Below the pieces are notes generated by a model. It had not been told where the DNA came from. It ran no database searches and worked only from the letters and a program-made list of their open reading frames with translations. The position numbers and the translations under genes were made by a program. Shown here in pieces: positions 20,048 through 29,966 of a stretch of 53,928 nucleotides of DNA (its first letter is position 1; the number at the start of each line of letters is the position of its first letter). The DNA is taken from the IMG/VR virus record IMGVR_UViG_3300045996_002424, positions 1 through 53,928 of that record, one strand, 5' to 3'. Source of the DNA: a virus (taxonomy: Duplodnaviria > Caudoviricetes).

Positions 20048-20666
20048 ACCGGGCATCGGAGGTCGGCTGCGGCGGGTGTGGGAACCGGACCCGACCGCGT
20101 CCGTGCCGGCGAAGGCCCGGGAGGTGGCGCGCGCCTACCGGGCCGCGGCGATGGAGCAGCAAGCGCGGGCCGAGGCGGCTGAGGCGTTGCTGAACACCCT
20201 CATGAACCGGGTTCGGGGTTTGATGCAGACAACGAACCCGGACATGGTCCGGCTGGTCGACAAAGCGTTGGCCGGTGGCCCGTCGGACCAGGTCCGCGAC
20301 CTGGACGTGCGCTTCACCGAGTGGGGTGAGGACTGGCACGTTCGGGAGCCGGTGGAGTTGGACTACGACGACTCCGACTGGCTGCCGTCGAAGACCATCA
20401 TCAAGTTGATGGGTATCTCCGACAGCACGTTGTGCGACATGCGGATGAAGGGGTTGGTGAAGCACCGGTTCCTCGGGGAACGGGCGGGGCACGTGTATCA
20501 GCTCGGTGAGGTTCGCGAGGTGCGGGCCTCGTTGCCGGGGCGGGGCCGTCCCGGGCTGCCGAAGGTCCCGGACGGTCAGCCGAGGCCCAGGCCGGCCAAG
20601 AAGGCGGCACCGAAGAAGGCAGCGGCCAAGAAGAAGGCTGAGCGGGGTCGTGGCAACCGCCGATGA
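20040..20666 (+). CDS. HTH-containing protein with Lys/Ala histone-like tail
   Basis: IIKLMGISDSTLCDMR; PAKKAAPKKAAAKKK. Confidence 0.6.
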   Translation: MNKPGIGGRLRRVWEPDPTASVPAKAREVARAYRAAAMEQQARAEAAEALLNTLMNRVRGLMQTTNPDMVRLVDKALAGGPSDQVRDLDVRFTEWGEDWHVREPVELDYDDSDWLPSKTIIKLMGISDSTLCDMRMKGLVKHRFLGERAGHVYQLGEVREVRASLPGRGRPGLPKVPDGQPRPRPAKKAAPKKAAAKKKAERGRGNRR

Positions 20667-21198
20667 GGCGCCGAAGATCACGGGCCACAAGTTCCGCCGG
20701 TACGCCGGTTCGAACCCGAAGAAGTACAACGACATCTGCGCGTACAACGGCACGTGTGAGCGGTCGGCGGCCGAGCACGCAGCGGCTCGATCGCTGCAGA
20801 AGCCCCGTAGAAAGCCCGGTGAGGACGCCCCCCAGACCGGTCGATAAGTGCCCTACACTGTTCGGGTGTCGAGTTCAGTGAAGGTCCGCGTACTGCGGGG
20901 CCTGACCGTCGTGACTATCATGGCCGGGCTGGGCTGGGTGTGGCAACGAAGCCGTGTCCAGCCCAGTCCAGCCGCCCCCGACTGGAAGGAACGACCATGA
21001 CGACGTCACCTGGCCCGATCGGCGACCCCGCACCCCCGCGGCCACGTCCCACCCCCAAGCCCGGAAACTAGCAGGAGACCGTAGCCATGAGCACTGAAGG
21101 TATGCCGCCCACGTATCCCGGTTCCCCGCCCACGCCGCCGCCACCCCCGCCGCCACCCCAGCCCGGCGCGCACTGACCCTTTCTCGCCAGCACAGGGA

Positions 21199-21246
21199 AA
21201 AGGCGCCCCACCAGACCAGTTGCCAGTGGTCTGGTGGGGCGCCTTT
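21199..21246. terminator. Bidirectional intrinsic terminator between convergent arms
   Basis: 20-bp stem AAAGGCGCCCCACCAGACCA / TGGTCTGGTGGGGCGCCTTT. Confidence 0.8.
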
Positions 21247-21271
21247 GTGTATGTGGTGCCTATGTGGTGCC

Positions 21272-21487
21272 TCAGTGCAGGGGCTGGGGGTCGGAACCGT
21301 TGACGGTTCCGGCGTTGCGGACCCGGTAGGTGGCCGCCCCGGCGACCAGGGCGGCGGCGAGGCAGCCGGCGATCAGGCTGACCCAGCCCTCGGTGGTAGC
21401 GGGCTGGTCGCCGTTGACCAGGGCGGTGGTAAGGCCGGTGGCGAACGCCGCCACGCCGGCCATGATGGCCTTACGTACTCGGTTCAT
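21272..21487 (-). CDS. Holin (two TM)
   Basis: RKAIMAGVAAFATGL...EGWVSLIAGCLAAALVAGAATYRVRN at the end of the lysis cassette. Confidence 0.65.
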   Translation of the reverse strand: MNRVRKAIMAGVAAFATGLTTALVNGDQPATTEGWVSLIAGCLAAALVAGAATYRVRNAGTVNGSDPQPLH

Positions 21488-21616
21488 GATGAACCTCCAA
21501 TGTGGACGGGGGTGGTGCTTGGACGGCAGCATGATCACCTGGATGTACAAGGTGGTGAACGAGACGCAGCCGGCCAGCACGATCAAGACGATGCAGAACC
21601 AGGACTCCACGGCAGA

Positions 21617-21910
21617 TCAGGTGATCAGTCCGCTGGGGTACGGTGGTGGCGGTGGTGGGTCCCCGTTGGCGATGTGCCGCCGCAGCTCGCCGATGTAATC
21701 GCCCTGAATGCGGGCGATCCTTTCCAGGCGGTCAATGCGCAGGGCGTCCTTGGCGCGTTCCGCTCGTAACTCCCTGATGTCTTCCTGATGCTGGTCGATC
21801 ATCTGCATGTTCGTGTCCGCCCGCTGTTTGCGGCTGGACACCCGGGCGGTGATCCACGAAGCGCCGAGAACCCCCAACGCCGCCAAGGCGGCGGCAATCA
21901 GTGGATCCAT
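21617..21910 (-). CDS. Lysis-cassette membrane/coiled-coil protein
   Basis: N-terminal TM, coiled coil, PPPPP tail. Confidence 0.65.
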   Translation of the reverse strand: MDPLIAAALAALGVLGASWITARVSSRKQRADTNMQMIDQHQEDIRELRAERAKDALRIDRLERIARIQGDYIGELRRHIANGDPPPPPPYPSGLIT

Positions 21911-22317
21911 GGCTGCTCCCGGTCGTCGGCTTCATGACCGGGTCCCGGGATCCCACCTGCCACGCGAAACACGAAATACGCGAACCCCAGCCAGATCATC
22001 GCCGAGACGTAGCCGCGGTCATCCGCGCCGGCGATCCAGCCGAACAGCGACAGCAACCCCCAACCGACCTTGATGGAAATGCAGACGGTGAACGCGAGCG
22101 TGTCTCGGGGCTGGAACGCGTACACCAGGGCGATTGCAGCGGTCACCGCCCACAAGGTGCCCCACACCCATAACGGCAGGACGCTGTCCAGCCACACGTA
22201 CTGCGGGTTCAGCGGCCGGCGAGGGTTGAACACCGCGTAGGCGAACACCCCGTCGAGCAGGGCAAAGAACAGCAGCACCTCACCACGGCGCCCCACCCGG
22301 GGGCGGTCGACAATCAT
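21898..22317 (-). CDS. Four-TM membrane protein (holin-like)
   Basis: Four hydrophobic segments; downstream of the endolysin. Confidence 0.65.
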   Translation of the reverse strand: MIVDRPRVGRRGEVLLFFALLDGVFAYAVFNPRRPLNPQYVWLDSVLPLWVWGTLWAVTAAIALVYAFQPRDTLAFTVCISIKVGWGLLSLFGWIAGADDRGYVSAMIWLGFAYFVFRVAGGIPGPGHEADDREQPWIH

Positions 22318-22324
22318 TGGATGG

Positions 22325-23314
22325 CTACACCGCCGGGTCCGGGTCAGGTTCGGGCTGCACGTCCGCAAGCAGGTCCCGGATCTCGGCCACCTTCGCGTGG
22401 ATCGCCGCGGTCTGCTCGTCGTTGGCGGCGTCGGTGTTCGCGATCAGCTCCGCCAGGTCGGCCAGCAGGGCGTGGGTGGTCTGGTGCCACGACGCCGACG
22501 GTGTCCACCCCCAGATCTCTCGCAGCGGCTGCATCCGCTTGGAGTACGGGTTCCACACCTGGTAGTCCGCGACCGCCTTGGCGATCGCTTCCGGTGTCAC
22601 CGACTCAGCAACAGCGGCGGTCACCACCTTGGTGACCGCGGCGGTGACCCCCTTGACGATCAGGTCAATGTCTTCCTTCCGCACGACCTCTTCCTCCCTC
22701 GGTGTCACGGACTGCTGCCACTCGGCGTACGTCCACCCCATGTCGATCGTCAGGGCCTTCCACATGGACCAGAAGTCGCCGATGATGTTGCGGCGCAACG
22801 AGTCGTGCCGGTGCCACAGGTGCGACGAGTCCCCGGTCTCCGGGTCGTCGGTGTACTCGTTCCACCCCTCGACCACCCGGTCGCCGTCGACCTGGCCGAT
22901 GGTGTAGGCGTACACGTCGTCCGGCCGCAGGTCCGTCAGCGAACTCATCGCCTTGACCAGCCGCTTGGTGTACTTGTTGATCTCGGTGTAGTTGCCGGTG
23001 TGCGCCCTGGTGAACGTCCAGTCGTGCGCAGCGCACTTGGTGCGCCAGTGCGGGCCGCGCCGGTCCGGGGCACGGCGGATGGAGTGATCGGTGCGAGGGT
23101 CGCCCAGGCCGTAATCCGGCAGGTCCCCGCCGACGTTGTGGTAACCCGCCTTGTCGGCGAACGTGCCGCCGTTCTCCGACAGCGGCTCCAGGGCCAGCCG
23201 CATGCAGACCAACCACCACAGGGCGTCGGTCATCCGGGCGGGGTTCGGGTTCGGGCGCGGCAGCCCGAAGTCCGGCGGCGCACCGCGCGGGTGGGTGCGT
23301 GGGTTCATCACCAT
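22325..23314 (-). CDS. Endolysin, probable Zn peptidase
   Basis: GYHN...AAHD...HLWHRH metal-ligand pattern; position between tail and holin genes. Confidence 0.65.
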   Translation of the reverse strand: MVMNPRTHPRGAPPDFGLPRPNPNPARMTDALWWLVCMRLALEPLSENGGTFADKAGYHNVGGDLPDYGLGDPRTDHSIRRAPDRRGPHWRTKCAAHDWTFTRAHTGNYTEINKYTKRLVKAMSSLTDLRPDDVYAYTIGQVDGDRVVEGWNEYTDDPETGDSSHLWHRHDSLRRNIIGDFWSMWKALTIDMGWTYAEWQQSVTPREEEVVRKEDIDLIVKGVTAAVTKVVTAAVAESVTPEAIAKAVADYQVWNPYSKRMQPLREIWGWTPSASWHQTTHALLADLAELIANTDAANDEQTAAIHAKVAEIRDLLADVQPEPDPDPAV

Positions 23315-23330
23315 GCCCAGCCCCCTTCTG

Positions 23331-23639
23331 CTATTGGCCGCGGTCTTCGGGGGTGACACCGGCGGCGGCGTCCCACACGTCACGGACCTTGTTCTGCAGG
23401 GCCTCGTCGGGCTCGTCGACCGGCACGTCCTGCGATGCCAGCAGCAGCGCGAACCGTTGGGTGACGCCGATCGGGTCGGCCAGCACGTACCGCGACAGCT
23501 CCCACCGCTTACGCGCCCACACCGGCTTGGCGACGGTTTCGTTAGCGACTTCCAGGGCGACGCGGGTGACGGCGATCCCGACCCGCACCTGGAACGCCTG
23601 GGTGTTGTAGACCAGGTACCGGGCAGCGAAGTCGGCCAT
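23331..23639 (-). CDS. Tail-associated hypothetical protein
   Basis: MADFAARY...; coupled to tail genes. Confidence 0.6.
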   Translation of the reverse strand: MADFAARYLVYNTQAFQVRVGIAVTRVALEVANETVAKPVWARKRWELSRYVLADPIGVTQRFALLLASQDVPVDEPDEALQNKVRDVWDAAAGVTPEDRGQ

Positions 23640-24148
23640 TACTCGACCCGGTTCAACTTGAGGTACGAGTTGGTGAACAGGCGGGTCGGTGTCGCGTTCG
23701 ACACGAACTGAGCCCAGTGCACCTGGATCGTCCCGGCGGTCACACCGGTGACGACCAGACCGTTGACGTAGCCGACCATCGTGGCGCCGGCACCGTTGCA
23801 CCCCCACACACCGCTGCCGTTCTCGGCGTACGGCGGCAGGTGGACGTCGGTGTAGCTCGACCCGGTGCTCTCGATGATCGATCCCATGCCGTCGAACGTG
23901 GTGCCGACCGGGCAGAAGTACATGAGCTTGAGGTCGGCCGCGGCGGCACCGTCGTAGATGATCATCGACCGCAGCTCATACACCGCGTTCGCGTCGACGG
24001 CGACTTGCAGGTGGCCGTCGACGATGAGGGTGGTCGAGCTGGTCACTGACGTGTCGGACAGCTTGCGGGCGAAGTTCACCCCGACGAGCCAGTCGTTGAA
24101 CTCGTCGGCGGTGGGAACGTCGCCGGTTGCGTAGACAGGCTTGGCCAC
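23639..24148 (-). CDS. Minor tail protein
   Basis: ATGDVPTADEFN N-terminus; beta-rich; GTIQVHWAQ. Confidence 0.7.
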   Translation of the reverse strand: MAKPVYATGDVPTADEFNDWLVGVNFARKLSDTSVTSSTTLIVDGHLQVAVDANAVYELRSMIIYDGAAAADLKLMYFCPVGTTFDGMGSIIESTGSSYTDVHLPPYAENGSGVWGCNGAGATMVGYVNGLVVTGVTAGTIQVHWAQFVSNATPTRLFTNSYLKLNRVE

Positions 24149-24160
24149 AGAGGACCCCCC

Positions 24161-25450
24161 TCAGTAGGAAACCGGGTAGACGCCGACCTGACCCAGCTCG
24201 GGGTGGCCGACGGTGAAGAACGAGTAGGCGTGGGCGCTCTCCAGCACGAACGCGGTGTCCCACCGCTCGCCGTCTGAGGCCATCCGTACGCCGCGGATGA
24301 AGCAGTCCTGCTGGATCGGGTCACCACCGCCGGCTGGGCGCCGCAGAATCGTGATGCGGTCGCCGAACTCACGGCCCAGCAGCGTCGGCCACATGACGTC
24401 GTCCATGTCCGGTGACGGCCGCAGGAAAGAGATCTCAGCGAACCGGCGATCCGGGTGCCGGTGGCGGTACAGCACCGCCTCGGCGTGGCTGAGCGCCTCG
24501 ACGTCGGTCATCTGCAGCAGGTCGGTGCGCTCGAAGGTGCGTTCCATGTACCGGGCGATGCTGTCGGTGTCGGTGGCCTGCTGCGGGGTGCCACCAACCC
24601 GAGTGATCGTCACACTGTTGACGAGCCCGTCGACGAGGCTCGACATCTTCGTGTCCGCGTACGGCAATTCACCGGTGGCGTCGTACCCGCCGTCGCCAAA
24701 CGTTGCTTGCGAAGTGGTCGAGCGGGGATCGGTCAGCATCGACAGCCGATCCCGGAACGTGGCCTTGCCGTCAGGGTTGATGAAGAACTCACCGAGCTCG
24801 GTGTCCTGAACCAGCTGCAGCTCCGACATGCCGTTGCCGGACAGCTCCGTGCCCTGCAACGTCATGGCGCCGGTGTCGATCTGCCGGTCGGCGGTGGGCC
24901 AGCCCAGCGAGGTGAGGATCCGACCTATCCGGGCGCCGCTGTACTCCCCGGACCCGGCGATGAGGCTGGGCAGGGGCCGGTCCTTGTCGAGCAGCTTCGA
25001 ACCGTCGGTGGCGGTGACGGTCACGTACGTCCAGAACGACCCCTGGTAGTCGGGTGACCAGTCGTCGACGTAGCCGTAGAACAGCGGGTACACGGTGCCG
25101 TTCCACTCGGCGAGGATCCGCAGCCGGCGTTCCGGTTCGACCTCGGTGATTCCAGCGGTGACGTACGGCCCGGACAGGTTCTCCGGGTCGAAGTCACGGT
25201 TCGGGTCGTGCAGCACCACCGTGGCGGTACCGGGTTCGTAGCGGCGGGTCGGCTGGTCGCCGGAGTTGACGCCGCGCCGGAACGACCAGGACTGCACCAC
25301 GGTGGCGTTGTCGAGGCGGACCCAGATAGCGTCCGGGCCGATCTCGGCGATGCCGACCTTGCCGCGTTCGGGGTCGCCGACGACGAAGATGTCGTCGGCG
25401 ACCAGCGTGCTGGTGAAGCCGATCTCGATGCGGATGTCGGGCAGGGTCAC
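24161..25450 (-). CDS. Minor tail / baseplate hub protein
   Basis: Follows the tape measure gene; SFRRG...PGTATVVLHDPNRDFDP. Confidence 0.75.
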   Translation of the reverse strand: MTLPDIRIEIGFTSTLVADDIFVVGDPERGKVGIAEIGPDAIWVRLDNATVVQSWSFRRGVNSGDQPTRRYEPGTATVVLHDPNRDFDPENLSGPYVTAGITEVEPERRLRILAEWNGTVYPLFYGYVDDWSPDYQGSFWTYVTVTATDGSKLLDKDRPLPSLIAGSGEYSGARIGRILTSLGWPTADRQIDTGAMTLQGTELSGNGMSELQLVQDTELGEFFINPDGKATFRDRLSMLTDPRSTTSQATFGDGGYDATGELPYADTKMSSLVDGLVNSVTITRVGGTPQQATDTDSIARYMERTFERTDLLQMTDVEALSHAEAVLYRHRHPDRRFAEISFLRPSPDMDDVMWPTLLGREFGDRITILRRPAGGGDPIQQDCFIRGVRMASDGERWDTAFVLESAHAYSFFTVGHPELGQVGVYPVSY

Positions 25451-28170
25451 GGCAGGACCGGCTTTCCGTGGACGACCATGCGACCTCCGCGTTCGAAGTA
25501 GGCCGACAGGTGCGCCACGACCTGCCGGCCGACCTCGGCGGGGTGGGCGCCGGCGGCGACGGTGATGGGCATGTTGATGGTCACCGACCCGGCGCCACCA
25601 CCGGCGGCGGTCTGAGCGGCGGACAGGACCCGTTCGGGGCCGCGTTCGGCGAACGAGTAGGTGGCCCCCGACGCCCCCACTCCGAGGACCGGTTCGCGGA
25701 TGATTCCACCGTTTTGCATGGCAATGTGAATATGGTTGCGGTGCGCTTCCATAAGGGCGTTGTTGAACGAGCCCTTGTTCTGGCCGCGGGTGTACGCGTA
25801 ATCGCGGGAATTGGTGCGGTGGATCAGTTCCAGCGGGCGCTTGTTCGCCAGGAACGACGCCAGCCGGTCCTGGCCGTACCCCATCCAGTCCACCGCACGG
25901 CCCGATCCGTGCCATTTGGGGTCACCTGGGCGATATGCGTTGCCGAACGACCCGGACATCGGGCCGGTCGACTGGATCAGGGCGACGATCTTGCGCCACA
26001 CCCCGGAGTCACCGCGCTGCGCAGACGGCGACGACGGCCAGTCCCCGAACTTCGGGATGACCCGTGACAGCGCCCATTCCTTCGACGGCACCCACGACTT
26101 GCGCAGGTTCGTGTGCATGGGGATGCCGCGCCGTGTCTCGACCGGCATGACGTGGCCACCGACGGCATAGCCGGCAGGGACCTGACCGGTGGCGTTCATC
26201 TCTTCGAGCAGCCCCGGGTGCTGCTTCTCGATCTGCTGCCGGGACTGCTTGCGGATGACGTACTCGTCGGCGTGGACCACACCGGCCGGCTGCATCTTCG
26301 GGCCCGGTCCGGTCCAACCACCGGCGTGCCAGGTCAGCGACCGCATCGCGGCCTTGCCCTCGTTGCGGACCGCGGCGATGGTCTTGCCTTCGGCCAGGGC
26401 CCGCTGCGAGACGTACAACGCCTGCAGCTTGTCGGCGATCGTGGCGAGGCCGTCGAGCAGCACCTTGGTGTGCTTGTCCGGCGGGATCTTGCCGTAGGTC
26501 TTGATCAGGTCCTGGGTGGTCTTGTTGTTGCCGAAGGTGCGGGTGGTTTCCTTCTCGATCGCCTTGGTGCGCTTCTCGTGCTGCTTGCGGGCCTCGTCGA
26601 TCGACATGCCGTTGGCGACGTTCGCGAAGTACGACTCGTTGTTCGCGAGCAGCAGTTCTTCCAGGGCGTCGCGGTTGGCCCGACCCTTGGTGGTGTTGAT
26701 GTCGAGGCTGGTGCCGTTGTCCTTGACCGACTTCGACAGGGCGTCCCACGACTTGGCGTACGCCTCGTTGGCCTCTGAGGCGCTGACGGCAACCCCGATG
26801 GTGTTCTGCCAAACCTGCTTGAGGCCGGCCGACAGCTGGGTGGTGCGGGCCAGCGCCGGGTTGATGTTCTCGATGGACGCCTTGTAGTCGTCCTGGGAGG
26901 CCTTCAACGCGTCTTGGGCGGCCTTGAGGGACGCCTCGTTCTGTTCGAGGAGCTTGGCGCTGATCGCCATCTTGGTCATGCCGTCGGCGGCGGTGAACGT
27001 CCCGAGGGCGTACCGGCGCACCGCCCCGGTGGCCGGGTCGATGACCTGGGTCGTCTTCTGGATCGAGGTGTTGAAGTCGTCGGCGGCGTTCTTCGCGAGC
27101 TTGGCGTTGAGCTCCAGCCGGATGTACTCCAGCTGCGCGTCCCGGCCGAACGCCCCGAACTTGACGAGGAACCCGTACGCCTCGGTGAGCCCGTTGATGA
27201 TGATGCCGATGGACGCGAGGGTGGCTTCCAGGAGGCTGAACGCCTGCCGCAGCGCGACCGCAGCTTCGATGCCGTTGTCGGACAGGCGGCTGAAGATGTC
27301 CTTGATGGTGCGGCCGATACCGGCCAGGCCCTGCGCGATCGCCTCGACTGCGGGACCGGCGGCGGCGATGCCGATACGGAGCCCTTCGACGATCTGCCGC
27401 ACCATTTCGGCCAGGCCCTTGGCGAGGGGTTGGACGAACTTGGTGGAGTCGCCGAGGAGCCCTTCGAGGTCCATCCTGTTGATGGCCTGCTCGAACACGC
27501 CGAGGGCGACGATGGCCTGGCCGACGAACTTCTCGGTGACGCCGGACAGGCGGGTCTCGATGCGCATGCCGAGGGCGTTGACGGCCCCTTTGACGCGGTC
27601 GTCGCGGGCGGCCAGAGCCAGACCACCGGCGACACCGCCGATACCGGCGCCGCCGATGATCGCCCCGGACACCATCGCCCCGAGCAGCGGCAGCATGTAG
27701 GCGACGCCGCCGAGGATGGTGCTGCCGAGGGGGATAGCGACGTTGCGGGCGATGCTCATGAATCCGATGTGGAACCGTCGGCCGGCTTCCAGCCCGGCCT
27801 TTTCCGCTTCGCCGGGGGGCAGCAGCTTACGGACGGTGGTGAGTTCCTTGAGTCGTTTCTGCTGTTCCTTGATCTGCTCGACGACGGTGGTGTTGCCTTC
27901 TGCGTACGCGGTGGACAGGCCTTGCAGGTTTCGGCGGACCACGGAGATCTGCCGGTCCATCTCGGCGATGTTGGCGCGCATCATTGCGGAGTTGCGGGCG
28001 ATGTCAGCGCTGGTCTTGCGGGCGTTGGCGCCCATGTTGCGGAAGGTGCCGGTGGCCTTCTCGGCGGTGTCCTTGAGGTGGCGTACGGCGTCGGCGCCGG
28101 AGCGGAACGCCCGCTTGAACTGGTCGATGTCGGCGATGAGCCGTACGCCGGTGGTACGCACCCCGGGCAC
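25447..28170 (-). CDS. Tape measure protein with C-terminal Zn-peptidase-like muralytic domain
   Basis: 907 aa, Ala-rich and helical; GGWTGPG...GVVHADEYV; WHGSGRAVD...HRNHIH. Confidence 0.85.
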   Translation of the reverse strand: MPGVRTTGVRLIADIDQFKRAFRSGADAVRHLKDTAEKATGTFRNMGANARKTSADIARNSAMMRANIAEMDRQISVVRRNLQGLSTAYAEGNTTVVEQIKEQQKRLKELTTVRKLLPPGEAEKAGLEAGRRFHIGFMSIARNVAIPLGSTILGGVAYMLPLLGAMVSGAIIGGAGIGGVAGGLALAARDDRVKGAVNALGMRIETRLSGVTEKFVGQAIVALGVFEQAINRMDLEGLLGDSTKFVQPLAKGLAEMVRQIVEGLRIGIAAAGPAVEAIAQGLAGIGRTIKDIFSRLSDNGIEAAVALRQAFSLLEATLASIGIIINGLTEAYGFLVKFGAFGRDAQLEYIRLELNAKLAKNAADDFNTSIQKTTQVIDPATGAVRRYALGTFTAADGMTKMAISAKLLEQNEASLKAAQDALKASQDDYKASIENINPALARTTQLSAGLKQVWQNTIGVAVSASEANEAYAKSWDALSKSVKDNGTSLDINTTKGRANRDALEELLLANNESYFANVANGMSIDEARKQHEKRTKAIEKETTRTFGNNKTTQDLIKTYGKIPPDKHTKVLLDGLATIADKLQALYVSQRALAEGKTIAAVRNEGKAAMRSLTWHAGGWTGPGPKMQPAGVVHADEYVIRKQSRQQIEKQHPGLLEEMNATGQVPAGYAVGGHVMPVETRRGIPMHTNLRKSWVPSKEWALSRVIPKFGDWPSSPSAQRGDSGVWRKIVALIQSTGPMSGSFGNAYRPGDPKWHGSGRAVDWMGYGQDRLASFLANKRPLELIHRTNSRDYAYTRGQNKGSFNNALMEAHRNHIHIAMQNGGIIREPVLGVGASGATYSFAERGPERVLSAAQTAAGGGAGSVTINMPITVAAGAHPAEVGRQVVAHLSAYFERGGRMVVHGKPVLP

Positions 28171-28248
28171 CCCCGATTTTTCTCAAGCTGGACGGATTGA
28201 CCTCGGCACTGTGCGAGGGCGAGACTGGGGCCCGTGGGAAGGCCGCCG

Positions 28249-28407
28249 GTGAAAACGGCAGACGAGCAGGACGTCGTCACGAGGTGGCGGCGGATGCTGT
28301 GCTGGACGAGGCGCGCCGGGGCCACCTCACGGGTCAAGCGGAGGATCCGCCGGCGGGAGCGGCACACCGCGAAGACCGAGCTACGCCAGGGAGGGGACAG
28401 CTCATGA
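28249..28407 (+). CDS. Small basic protein
   Basis: VKTADEQDVVTRWRRMLCW...KRRIRRRER (translated by hand); ATGA overlap with the next gene. Confidence 0.5.
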   Translation: MKTADEQDVVTRWRRMLCWTRRAGATSRVKRRIRRRERHTAKTELRQGGDSS

Positions 28408-28949
28408 CCACAACCAGCACGGTGACGATGCGGGAAACGCTCACCTTGTCGCGTGAGGACATGCTGAGTGCGTGGCTGGTGTACAACGAGGCCTTCGCGG
28501 AATTGGAGACCCTGTCCGCCACCCGGCATCTGTTCAACTGGCCAGAGTTCGAGTGGTGCGCGAAAGACCACCGCATCCTCAAATACATGCCCACCAACGC
28601 CGACCGGCGGGTGGTGGGAATCGGTGCCCTGACCAACTACCTGGATGCGTGGCCGACGATCTCGGCGCCGTTCTTCAAGCGGCACTGGCCGCAGCTGTAT
28701 GAGGAGCACCGGATCTGGTACGTCGGGTTCGTCGCTGCCGCGAAGCGCAGCGGTGTGTTCCCGGATTTTCTGCGGGCAATGACGAACGGCCGCAAGAACG
28801 ATCTGTTCATCATGGATTTCTGCGCGTACAACGAGCTGGAGCGGCACATGCCGGAAGTGTCAAAAGCTGTTCTGCTGCGGAACAACCCGCATGTGCAGAT
28901 GCACCGTTTCGATCAGCAGTCGTGGTGGGCGGTGGCATTCCATGCCTAA
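28404..28949 (+). CDS. Hypothetical protein, possibly GNAT-like fold
   Basis: VVGIGALTN...IWYVGFVAA beta pattern; RBS GGAGG. Confidence 0.55.
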   Translation: MTTTSTVTMRETLTLSREDMLSAWLVYNEAFAELETLSATRHLFNWPEFEWCAKDHRILKYMPTNADRRVVGIGALTNYLDAWPTISAPFFKRHWPQLYEEHRIWYVGFVAAAKRSGVFPDFLRAMTNGRKNDLFIMDFCAYNELERHMPEVSKAVLLRNNPHVQMHRFDQQSWWAVAFHA

Positions 28950-29355
28950 CGCGCTGAACAAGGCCATGCAGTGGATCCGGGGGTTGTTCCGGAACCGGGA
29001 CGAGGACTACGGCTACGAGCTGCAGCTCGATCTGTACGGCTGCGACATGAGGTTCGTCAACGACGCCGAGCGGCTGCGGCGATTCGTTGAGGAGCTCGTC
29101 AGGCGAATCGACATGGTGGCGTTCGGCGAGTTCGTGTGCCCGCACTTCGGGCACACCTCACCGAAAACATCCGGGTACTCGTTCCAGCAGTGGATCGAGA
29201 CCAGCATGATCTCCGGCCACGTCCGCGAGGCCAACGGGACCCTGTACCTGAATGTGTTCAGCTGCAAGGAATTCGACCCGAAGGTCGTGATCCGGTTCTC
29301 CTACCAGTACTTCAACGCGAAACACCACCGGGCGCGCATGCGTGTCCGGCACTGA
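28942..29355 (+). CDS. speD: S-adenosylmethionine decarboxylase proenzyme (pyruvoyl-dependent)
   Basis: GYELQLDLYGCD...SGYS...IETSMISGH...LYLNVFSCKEFD. Confidence 0.85.
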   Translation: MPNALNKAMQWIRGLFRNRDEDYGYELQLDLYGCDMRFVNDAERLRRFVEELVRRIDMVAFGEFVCPHFGHTSPKTSGYSFQQWIETSMISGHVREANGTLYLNVFSCKEFDPKVVIRFSYQYFNAKHHRARMRVRH

Positions 29356-29541
29356 GGGAGGCCCGTGCACGTCGGACAGCGCTGCGCGTTCTGCATCAGG
29401 CTGGACGCGATCTACCGGCAGGACCTGCCGGTAGATCAACAGAACGCCGCGATCGACGCCCTGTTCGACCTTGCGGACCGGGCGCGGCGTGCCCGCCGGG
29501 TGTCCGGCCGGCGGCGGAAGCGGCGGAACTACTGAGAAGGA

Positions 29542-29754
29542 GTGAGCGTGTCCACCGAGGCGCAGTCGTCGACATCGTCGACAGACGACCCCGTCGACGA
29601 CATGCACCACATGTACTGCTGTGACCAGGAGAAGTCGCTGTGCGGCACCGACCTCAGCGGGGCGCCGGACCTTGGGCACGTGGCCTGGGACCGGCTGTGC
29701 CCGATGTGTGAGGTGCTATCCCGGCTTCCGTGCGCGTGGTGCGGTGACATCTGA
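29542..29754 (+). CDS. Cys-rich small protein
   Basis: HMYCC...LCG...CPMC...CAWC. Confidence 0.55.
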   Translation: MSVSTEAQSSTSSTDDPVDDMHHMYCCDQEKSLCGTDLSGAPDLGHVAWDRLCPMCEVLSRLPCAWCGDI

Positions 29755-29966
29755 TGGACCCCGCGGGCGAGCAAGATCCCGAGGATGTCCGCGACCGGGC
29801 CCTGATCTTCGTGTACACCGTGAGCAGCACGTTCTGTCTCGTCGTCGCAGCGCACGCAGCGGTGTTCGACCTCACCGCCCGATTCGCCGTGTTCGCCGTG
29901 CTGGCGATGGTGATCAGCGGGGCCGGGCTGATCCGCTTCGTGAAGATGCTCACCCGAAAACGGTGA
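29754..29966 (+). CDS. Two-TM membrane protein
   Basis: Hydrophobic stretches. Confidence 0.55.
   Translation: MDPAGEQDPEDVRDRALIFVYTVSSTFCLVVAAHAAVFDLTARFAVFAVLAMVISGAGLIRFVKMLTRKR

Noticed and set aside
20838-20865. GGTCGATAA half-site resembling the dif-like right arm
   Set aside because: No matching second arm at 6-bp spacing.
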